Part shown: piece after piece, positions 10,722-20,700 of the stretch
Layout of the letters: each line of letters starts with the position of its first letter
How positions within the stretch are numbered: position 1 is the stretch's first letter
DNA from: Desulfatiglandales bacterium
Lineage (GTDB): Bacteria > Desulfobacterota > DSM-4660 > Desulfatiglandales > Desulfatiglandaceae
Length of the DNA stretch: 64,000 nucleotides
NCBI GenBank assembly: GCA_963662465.1
Contig: OY759599.1
Span: 1,856,001-1,920,000 of the forward strand
Direction of reading: 5' to 3'
The notes under the pieces: generated by a model
Seen by the model: only the letters and a program-made list of their open reading frames with translations
Databases searched by the model: none
What the model was told of the DNA's origin: nothing
Position numbers and translations under genes: made by a program

Positions 10722-10860
10722 GGGGGTTTTTCTGACGCATTACACCGGTTGGCGGGGTAATGAGGAATGCTGCACAATAATATTTGCTTCTTGCATTGAC
10801 AGCCGGTTATTCATTGTGAATAATCGGAAAGTAATAATTCAAATCCCATAGGGGAAAATC

Positions 10861-11985
10861 ATGGTGAATCCCTTCGGCCTTGGAATCGCACGGGGCGACC
10901 GTTTCTGCAATCGTGAAACCGAAATACAGGATCTTCTCCGGCATGGAAGAAACGGAGACAATGTCCTGCTCTTTTCTCCCCGGCGATATGGAAAAACATC
11001 CCTGGTGCGAAAAACACTGGATCAGTTGGAAACGGAGGGGTTTCTCACCGTGTATGTCGATCTTTTCCCCATTGTCTCCGAGAGGGATCTCATAACACGT
11101 TTTTCCTCTGCTTTGCTGAAGGGCATCGGACGCGGAGTGGATGACCGTACATTCGCCGTGAGGCTGAAAGACCTCTTCAAACGGCTGATCCCCAGCATTG
11201 AATTAAAGCCGGACGGCTACAGCGTCTCCATGCGCTTCGACCAAACCTCGGAATCAGGCCCCCTGCTGGAGGATCTCATGGAAGGCCTCCATCGATACGT
11301 AACCCAAAGGGATGCACGCGCCTGCGTAGCACTGGATGAGTTTCAGGAAATCACGGAGTTGCCTGAATCCAAAAGGATCGAAGGGCTTCTCCGGTCGCAC
11401 ATTCAGTTGCACAGTGAAATATCCTACTTTTTCATCGGAAGCCGCAGGCGAATTCTGCAGGAGATGTTCTCCGACAAGAGCCGCGCCTTCTACAAAAGCG
11501 CTTTTGCATACCCCCTGAAGGAGATTCCCAGGAAAGAATTCGCCGACTACATAAATGAACATTTCTCAAAAACAGGAAAGGCCTGTCCGTCGGTCGTTTC
11601 AGAAGAAATCTACGACCGCGTCCGAGGATATCCTTACTACGTTCAAAAGCTTGCATCCATTTCGTGGGATCTAACAACGGAAAAATGCGATGGTCAGGTG
11701 GTTCAGGCTGCCTATGAGGCACTGGTTGAAATGGAAACGGCCGATTTCGAAGCCACCTGGAGCGCCCTGAGACTGTCCCAGCGTACAATCTTAAAAGCCC
11801 TGGCCCTGGAATCGACCGCTGTCCTGCCCTATTCAAGGGAGTTCCTCGAACGTTACCATCTCACCATCGGCGGCACCCAACGCGTGATCCGTACCCTCCT
11901 ATCCCTGGATTTGGTGGAGAAGCATGAGGCGGGAAAATGCCGTCTCACGGATCCGCTCATGGGCAACTGGCTGGCGCGGGGTTAG
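10861..11985 (+). CDS. AAA/archaeal-type ATPase with probable C-terminal winged helix
   Basis: SPRRYGKTS Walker A, ALDEFQ Walker B, GYPYYVQ. Confidence 0.85.
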   Translation: MVNPFGLGIARGDRFCNRETEIQDLLRHGRNGDNVLLFSPRRYGKTSLVRKTLDQLETEGFLTVYVDLFPIVSERDLITRFSSALLKGIGRGVDDRTFAVRLKDLFKRLIPSIELKPDGYSVSMRFDQTSESGPLLEDLMEGLHRYVTQRDARACVALDEFQEITELPESKRIEGLLRSHIQLHSEISYFFIGSRRRILQEMFSDKSRAFYKSAFAYPLKEIPRKEFADYINEHFSKTGKACPSVVSEEIYDRVRGYPYYVQKLASISWDLTTEKCDGQVVQAAYEALVEMETADFEATWSALRLSQRTILKALALESTAVLPYSREFLERYHLTIGGTQRVIRTLLSLDLVEKHEAGKCRLTDPLMGNWLARG

Positions 11986-12171
11986 CGCCCAATATAGCAT
12001 CACAAATATCCTCATGCTGTAGCCGAAGCCGAAAAGGATACCCTTTTTTCAAGCCATTTCTCCAATTTCTCCCCACCGAGGCATCTGCCTTGGAAGAAGA
12101 AAACCAAATCCAAAGAAAATAGATTTTATAAAATTTTTTGAAAAGTAAATCTACATCAACGGCTCCTTTAC

Positions 12172-14092
12172 CAGGGTGAATTTATTCTTCCGAATTATCC
12201 AAATAAAATATAAAAGTTGCGCTACATTATGGACAGAAACCCTCGGATGGTGTATATACTGTGACAGGCACCAAACCAATTCGGGGTTTAAATTCTTGAA
12301 CGTTAAGCAAGTCCGCATTCAAATAGTCCGCCCGCTTGAAGAACAACGCTTTCAGCATCTGATGCAGTCGCATCATTATTTGGGCGCTCTTCCCAAGATC
12401 AGCGAAACCCTCTGGTATACAGCTAGACTAAATAGTGAGTGGATTGCGCTTGTCAGTTTTTCTGCTCCCGCTTTGAAATGTACACCAAGGGACAGCTGGA
12501 TCGGATGGAATTTTCGCCATCAATACGATCGACTGAAACTGGTAACCAATAACAGTCGTTTTCTAATTTTGCCCGAATGGCATATTCCGAATCTCGCATC
12601 CCGTATCCTTTCATTATGTCGGAAGCGAATGCAGGCTGATTGGCAGGAGCGTTTCGGGCATCCGGTTGTACTCCTGGAAACCTTTGTGGACCCAAAGCAA
12701 TTCCACGGAACCGTATATCGAGCGTCTAATTGGATATATGTTGGTAAAACAAAGGGTTTTCATCGAACTCGCCAAGGCTACAGCGATAAAGCGGATTCAC
12801 CGAAAATGGTTTTTCTTAAACCATTGGTTTCCAATGTTCAAGCACTGTTATCCCGACCTGTTCTCAAAAAACCATATCTTACAGGAGGTTACAAAATCAT
12901 GCTCAGTGCGGAACATATGAAATCTCTACCCGACTTTTTTGCTCAAATTCCCGACCCGCGTCGATCCCAGGGACGACGTCACAGGCTCTCCACTGTTCTG
13001 GCCATTGCCACCGCCGCAACACTGTGCGGAATGCGCGGTTATCTGGCGATATCCGATTGGGTAAATGGTCTTGGACAAAAAGCCCTTGAGCGTTTCCGTT
13101 GCCGATATGAAAATAAGCGCTATGTAGCTCCCAGTCAGTCTACTATCCGTGATGTTCTGGTTCGCGTTGACCCCACAGAACTCGACAAAGCTCTCCAGCG
13201 TTGGAATCTGCTTTACGGTGAACAGGACGAAAGCTTGGCCATCGATGGAAAAACCATGTGTAATGCCATCGATGAACAAGGTTATCAGACTCACATCATG
13301 AGTGCTGTCGGCCATCAAACTAAGACCTGTTACACCCAAAAAAAGTCGGTTCTCTCCCTGTAGAAGGCAAAGACGAACTCAAGCGAACCAATGAAATCAA
13401 AACGGCTGCCCCTTTACTGGACGCGATCGATATCGAAGGCAAAGTCATTTCAGCTGACGCACTGCTAACCCAAAGGACTTTTGCTAAATATTTGGTCGAG
13501 CAACGCAACGCCCATTACCATTTCATCGCCAAAAACAACCAGCCCACATTACTTCAAGACATTTCCCTGTATTTTGAGGGCTGCAACGATCCTGATTTCA
13601 TACAACACGATGCTCCCGATCATGGTCGCATCGAAGTGCGCAAAATATGGACGACTACCGAACTTAACCTATACCTGGATTTCCCGTATGTCGGCCAGGC
13701 TTTTATGATCCAGAGAGAAGTTACAAACAAGAAAACCGGTAAATGCACAGTTGAGGTTGCTTACGGCATAACGAGTCAATCACCTGATCAGGCGAATCCC
13801 GAACGTGTACTTTCTATCAATCGCGGTCACTGGAGCATTGAAAACGAGTGCCATTACATCATCGACTGGAACTACGACGAAGATCGAAGCCGAATAAGAA
13901 CCGGCAATGGTCCTGAAAACATGACCAGGCTGCGTAGATTCGCGGTGGGCGTCATTAAGGCGAAAGGCGTTCGCAGTGTAGCCCAGAAAATGCGCCAGCT
14001 CACGCAGAACGTAAGGGGTGTCTTCGACTATCTCAAGATGACCAAAAATTCAGTGCCCCAAGCGTGATACCTGTTAGAACAAATTTACCGTG
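12172..14092 (+). mobile_element. Complete ISAs1-family insertion sequence (1921 bp)
   Basis: TIRs CAGGGTGAATTTATTC and revcomp CACGGTAAATTTGTTC (13/16); 10-bp TSD GCTCCTTTAC at 12162-12171 and 14093-14102. Confidence 0.92.
12296..14067 (+). CDS. DUF4338/DruA-like domain fused to ISAs1 DDE transposase, read through a -1 frameshift at about 13339-13345
   Basis: N-terminal HHYLG..RDSWIGW..NNSRFLIL..LETFVD..YRASNW; then DPRRSQGRRH, AIDGKT; the -1 frame gives TNEIK..ISADALLTQ..HGRIEVR..RGHWSIEN; start approximate. Confidence 0.85.
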
Positions 14093-14157
14093 GCTCCTTT
14101 ACCGCCCTACCTGGGTCCCTCACCGACCGCCCTGCTTGGGTCCTTTCTCTACCGGCG

Positions 14158-14682
14158 GTGACAAACTGGGCGCGGATGACATCCTCCTTCTTGGGAATTA
14201 AATATAAGTTATTGTTTACTTTTGTCTTGATGATTGCAAAGAATACCCGCTCCATTGAGCAACTGAAAAATCTTCACGGACGCGAAGCAGGTCTCATCCT
14301 TGGCATCCGGAATTTGCCAAGCAAAACAAAGGCGCGCGTATGGCTTTATGCTGCCTGCAAGTTGGATACAGCACACCAGATGCTGTCTCATATGGGCTGG
14401 GATCCCGATGATGAACAATATTACATCCAGCCAGCCACAAAATCAGGAGGTTATAGTAAAGGCGAATGTATCTTTCTAACCCCATCCGGCTGCCGGTTGC
14501 AGCTTAAAAACAGACCGTTTACCTGTAGAACCATGGTCCCGAAACAAAATATGGAATGTGAGGGCTTTCAGCTTAAACGGCGGCACGCCGCTCTAATGTG
14601 GGCAGACTATAATGACGCCATCGGCGCTATTGTTGCCTCCTTGAAAAAAAAACCTCATAACAAGAGGGTTCCCCGTAGATGA
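14158..14682 (+). pseudogene. Probable chimeric remnant: transposase-like fragment joined to a YkgJ-like Cys-cluster C-terminus
   Basis: RSIEQLK..EAGLILGIRNLPS resembles transposases; CIFLTPSGC..RPFTCR resembles YkgJ, but no N-terminal CxxCxxCC is present. Confidence 0.4.
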
Positions 14683-14749
14683 AAATGGCGATGTGAGAAC
14701 GGCGGGCTGAAAGCCTCTCTCACAGTCGGAGGTATGAATTCCCTTACAG

Positions 14750-17700
14750 CTATTTCAACAGGGCCTGATCGATGCAGGTCCTGATGGTTTCACCCACGAA
14801 TCGCACATGGGGCTCCCGGAGCATGCCCAGATGTCCGCTGGGCGCCTCAAAAACCTCAATGCCCGCCTTTGCCAGCTTGCCCCATCCCAGTTCCGGATCC
14901 ACCTCCACGCCCACGCCCAGAATTCTTTCATGACTTCGGAAAAGCACCACGCTTCCATCATATGGCCGTGGAACATAGCGCTCCATGGCATCCTTGTTGT
15001 AAGACCGGGCCCTGAAATCCCTCAGACCCGCATTTAAAGGACGTTCGGTCTTTTCATATAAATCCAGGTAGACCCTACGGATCCGGAATCCCACCAACTG
15101 AAAGGATCTTTGCAATCTTTTCATGCGCCATTTCAATTTGTTGAGGATATAGGCAGGGCCCTCATCCATAAGTGATTCCCAATGGGCTGATGCACGGCTG
15201 CCCGCGGAGGCGGATTTAACGGCGCCGGGCCCCACGGTGTCGAGTAACGTCAGAAAAGCCGTTTTTTCTCCTGATTCAAGGAGCTGTCGCGCCATTTCAT
15301 AAGCCACCATTCCTCCGAAGGAGATACCCGCCAACAGGTAAGGCCCCTCAGGCTGTATGAGACGCATCTCTTTCACATAGTGGGCGGCAAGATCTTCCAC
15401 CCGATTGGGCGTCGGCAAACGGCCTCCCAGGAGATGGACGGAAAGGCCATAAACCGGCTGGTTTTCACCCAGGTATTTGATCAGGGGCCGACAAAAATGA
15501 AGCCCGGCGCCCAGGACATGGATAAAGAACAGAGGAGGCTTCTCCCCTCCCGCCTGAATTTCGATGAGCGATTGAAAGTCTTCGGGGGTTTTGCCGCTTT
15601 CTATTTCTTGAGACAGTTTTTCAATGGTAGGCGCCTGAAAAAGGGTTTGCAGCGGAATTCTTTTGCCGATCTGATTTTCAATTTCCGAACAGAGACGAAC
15701 CGCCAGAAGAGAATGTCCGCCCAATTCAAAAAAATGATCCTGAATGCCGACCTTTGAAATTCCAAGCACGCTTTTCCATATTTCGGCCAGCTGTTTTTGA
15801 AGGGGTGTCGTCGGCGCCACAAAGGCGCTATCCATGGTTGTCGGCGCCATATGGGGGTCGGGAAGCGACCGTCGGTCCACCTTTCCATTGGGCAATCGGG
15901 GAAAAGAACCCAGCAGTACCACGTCCGATGGCACCAGATAGGAGGGGAGTTTTTGCTTTAAAAACTGCTTGAAAAAAGAAGGATCGGAAGCCGCGCCTTT
16001 TTTGGGAACCACATAGGCCGCCAAACACTTTTCTCCCCGTCGGTCCGCCCGAACGGCCACGGCGGCTTGTCCCACGGCCGGACAAAGGTGCAATGCCGCT
16101 TCAACCTCGCCCGGCTCCACGCGGAATCCCCGTATCTTGACCTGGCTGTCAAATCGGCCTATGAAATCAATTTGCCCATCCGGCAGATATCGCACACGAT
16201 CTCCGGTCCGGTAGACCCGACCGTCTTCCCTGAACGGATCCCGGATAAATTTCTTTGCGGTCAGATTGCCGCGATTGAGATAACCGCGGGCGACACCCAA
16301 CCCACCAATCAGCATTTCTCCACTCATCCCCACCGGAACCGGCTGCAGGTTTTGGTCCACCACATAGATCCGGGTATTGGCGATGGGTCGGCCGATGGAA
16401 ATTACCGCGGGCGGTTTTTCGGTGTTTTGAAGATCCGGTTCAAAGATCGTTGAAACAACGGTGGTCTCCGTGGGGCCATAGGTATTAAACCAGCGGATAC
16501 GCCCTCCCGTGTGCTTCATCCATGTGTTAAAGGCCGATTCCGAGGCTTTTTCACCGCCCACGATTACCGCACGGAGGGTCATGGGAAGCGGTTTTTGTGA
16601 ATCTGTGAGCCAATGCATCCATTCGTGCCAGAAAGCGCTGGGAAGATCCAGCACCGTAACACGGTCCTTTTCCAGCCATTCCATAAAAACATTCATTGAG
16701 GGGAGCGGATCAAAGGGCAGGAGGACCAGCGCGGCGCCCTGGGTCAAGGTCATGAAAATTTCCTCCACGGCCCCGTCAAAACTGATGGAAAAGAACTGCG
16801 CCACGCGGTCGCAAGATGCCATATTAAATCGTTCAGCCACGGCCAGTGCGTGATTCACAACTCCCTGATGCAGCACCATAACCCCCTTGGGCGTTCCCGT
16901 GGAGCCCGAAGTATAAATCACATAGGCCGTATTGCGGCCCGTCGTGCGGTGTGCGGGGTTTTCAAGGCTTTCATCATCAGCGGTTTCTCGTTCATCATTT
17001 AAAAAAATGATTTGACCGTTGAATTCACAAAGCGTCTCCTTCAAATGGGCCTGAGTTAGAACGATCGGAACATTTGAATCCTTCAGCATCGAGGCAATCC
17101 GTTCCAAAGGATATGTGGGATCCAATGGAACATAAGCGCCGCCGGCTTTCAAAATCCCCAGAATACCCGTTATCATATCAACGGACCGTTCCATGCAAAT
17201 GCCCACCAGCATTTCCGGGCCCACCCCCATTTTTTGAAGTTTCCATGCCAGCCGGTTGGCCCTAAGATTCAGTTCCCGGTAGGAAAAAGCCTTTTCACCA
17301 TGCATTACGGCAATAGCATCGGGCGTCCTGTCCGCCTTGGCCTCAAACAGGTGATGAACGCATAGATGTTCCGGAAATCCCCGGTCTGTATCGTTCCACG
17401 CCACTATCTGCCGGTGATACTCCGCATCCGTCAAGAGGGATATGTTTTTAATCGCTTGGCTTTTAGGCGCCATGAGTCGTTTCAAAAAATTGACAAATCG
17501 GTCCATCAATCCCTGTACATGGGATCGGTTGAAAACCCGGGGATCATAAGCCATACAGCATGTTTTTCCGTCTTTCGGAATTACCAACACCAGTCCCGGC
17601 CCGGGGACCGGTTCATAGCCTGAAAGATTCTCCACCCATTCAACCGCCGCGGCAAAGGGATGATTTTCCCGCCGCGGGGTTTTCCAGTCAAGGGCCGGAT

Positions 17701-20700
17701 ATCGCGCCGTCAGATCCCGTGCAAAGGTTTTCCTTCGGATGGTTTGATCGATTTCATATTGAAGGGTTTCCCTGAAATCCTTAAATGAAGCATCCCCGCC
17801 CACTTGGACGCGTAATGGGACATACGGCGCAAAAAATCCCTCCAGCCCGGACATGTTTTGAGAAAGGCCATGGTATCTGAAACCCAAATCAAAAGTCGAT
17901 ATTTGACAAAAACGGGCCAGAAAGGCTGAAAAAGCGGCGATAACCAGAAGGGGCGCCCTCCCAATATCCTTTTCCGGGGCCGGGTCTACAATCCGGGCGG
18001 TAATGGTTGTGAATTTCGGGTCTTGATCATCGTTTCGGCCAACGTCGATATTGCTTGCAGGGGCAGACCTGTGTGTCTGCCCAGTAAAGGACGAACACAC
18101 AGGTTCGCCCCTACATTGGCAGCCGAGCTGAAGCGGCCTCAGATCAGTCATTTTACCGACCCAATAAGCCTCATATGGGGATATTTCGGCATTCAATGTG
18201 CTCAGTGAAACCGCAATGGCCGGATCCAGGTTCGGCAATCGTTTCCCCACGGAAAGGCCGGAATCCGCAATCCATTGGGAAAGGGTCAGAGGGGCGCCAT
18301 CAATGGTTTTTAATGATTGTACCGCCAGATCGCCCAACCCCGTTGCCAGGACCAGGGACCTTTCATTGGCAGCAACGATGGTTCCGGCCTCTTTTCCGGA
18401 ATTGTCGTCGAGAAGGGCGGTTTTGGAAACGATGACAAAATCGTGGTTTAAGGCGATCTTGGCATATCCCAACGGGTTGTCATAATTCCCGAAATCAAGC
18501 GCCCTTACCAGCGCATCGATGTCGCTTGCATTGCCGCGCCAGGAGATGACGCCCCCGGCCGGAGGCCTTTGATAAAGGGCATAATAGGTCCGTCTGGCCA
18601 GGTCCTGGGGATAAAAGGCCGTTTTGTTTTCAAGAAAATTTTCCACAAGAACATCAAAGCACCGAACCGCCGCTTCATAGCATTTGGCGTTAAGGGTGAG
18701 CGATGTCTCATTGGAATCAATTTGAAACATCTCCTGCTGCAAAATGTCGCCCGTATCCACCCCTTCCGCTGCCACATGCCAGGTAATCCCATGGTTTTTT
18801 TCACCATTCATGATGGCCCAGGCCGTGGCATGAATGCCGGCATACCTGGGCAGGGGAGAATCATGATAGTTAACGGCGTATCGCCGCGGCAGATTCAGCA
18901 CTGACGGCGCGAGTACATGACTGTTGACAATACTGAAAAGGTAATCAAAAGAGCAGCCCTCCATATGGACGGCCATATTTTTGTCAGGTTTGAAAACGGG
19001 GATATCTCTTTTGAATGCCCATTGATGGTTTTCTTCATCCGGGGAAATCATGCCGCAAATGGTGCAGCCTTTTTTCAATAAGATTTCCCCGCATTGAAGC
19101 GGCAGAGACCCTTCCCCGATGATGAAACAACTGAAGCCTTCGTGTGGAATCCGAGGCTTGACGCCATCAGTCTTGTTGAAAAAGCGGGTCCGGATATGGG
19201 ACAAAGGAAGGTTCGGATTCTCCAGGATCCCTGCCGTAACCCATTTTAAATCTTCAGCCATTCCTTTTATGACATTCGCATCAAACAGGTCCCGGTTGTA
19301 TTCAAACCATCCTTCCAGCCGATTTCCTCGTTCTTCCAGGTTCAGTAAAATATCGACCTTGGCCGTGCCATTGCCCACCTCTTCATAAGTCCATGTTGTG
19401 TTCGATGATGTGATGGCGGCGGGAGGCGTATTCTGCAGGATGAACAGGATCTGAAAGATGGGATTTCGGCTGGTATCCCGCTCCAGGGCCAGGGCCTCCA
19501 GCAGTTTTTCAAATGACATATTCTGGTGGTCGTAAGCCTCGATAGCGGTTTGACGAACCCGTTTCAGTAAAGTTTTAAAACCGGGATCACCGGAGAGGTC
19601 CGTTCGCATGACCAGTGAATTGATGAAAACACCGATAATTTTTTCCAGTTGCGGGTGATTTCGGTTGGCAATTGTGGAACCGACAATAACATCCGTTTCA
19701 CGGGTGTATGTGAAAAGAAGGGCTTTAAATGCGGAAAGCATTACCATGAAAAGCGTGGCATTTTCGTTTCGCGCCAGCGCCTTCAGGGCCGCTGTTGTTT
19801 TTTCTGAAAAATCCAGGTGATGCCTGGCCCCCGCAAAGGTTTGAAATCGAGATCTCGAATGGGCCATGGGAAGATTCAGCTCGGCCCGCGGTCCTTTGAG
19901 TTTATTTTTCCAATACGCCGTCTGATTTCTGATTTCCGGACGTTCAAGCTGTTTTCTCTGCCACAGAACAACGTCGCCGTACTGAATGGGCGGCGTGCTT
20001 TCAGAAAGCACCCCTCCGCGAACGAGTGCATGGTAAGCGTCGTACAGTTCCGAAAAAAAAAGGCTTGCGCCCCAGCCGTCTATGAGGATGTGGTGTATGG
20101 TAAAGACCAATTGATGATCAAATGGATTTATACACACCAGGACCGCCTTCATCAACGGCGGTTTGGAAAGGTCAAATGGATAAGCGCCGACCTCCCTTAA
20201 GATGCCTGCCAATTTCTTTTCGCGCTGAGATATGGACATCGCCGACCCATCCACCAGCGGTATACGAAAAGAGGAATTTCCATGTACGTTCTGTAACAAT
20301 TGCGTGTCGGTCATGGAAAAGGAGGTGCGCAGGATCTCGTGTTTTTTTATCATGAAATGAAAGGCATCATGAAGCTTGCTCGGATTCAACGGACCTTTCA
20401 TATGAATGTTCAACGGGATATTGAAAAGGATTCCCTGCTCATCCATCTGATGTAGCAGCCAGATCCCTTTTTGCGCATAGGACACCGGAAATTTTCGACG
20501 AGAGCCCTGGAAATGAGAAATGGGATCACCAAAACCGGAATCCGTCGCCCGATGTCCCGCCATAAGACTTTCCGCCAACTCAGCAACAGTAGGGCCGTCA
20601 AAAAAGGTTTTCAGGGAAATTTCCACGTTCATGTTTTTTGAAATGGTCGAACAAACACGGGTCGCCAGGAGGGAATGACCGCCCAGGTCAAAAAAATTAT

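Noticed and set aside
12296..12898. Complete Druantia system
   Set aside because: No druB-E genes; the domain lies inside an IS
13320..13500. Transposase as a dead pseudogene
   Set aside because: The break falls at a canonical slippery heptamer, the -1 frame is intact and the TSD is perfect, so programmed frameshifting is more likely (not proven)
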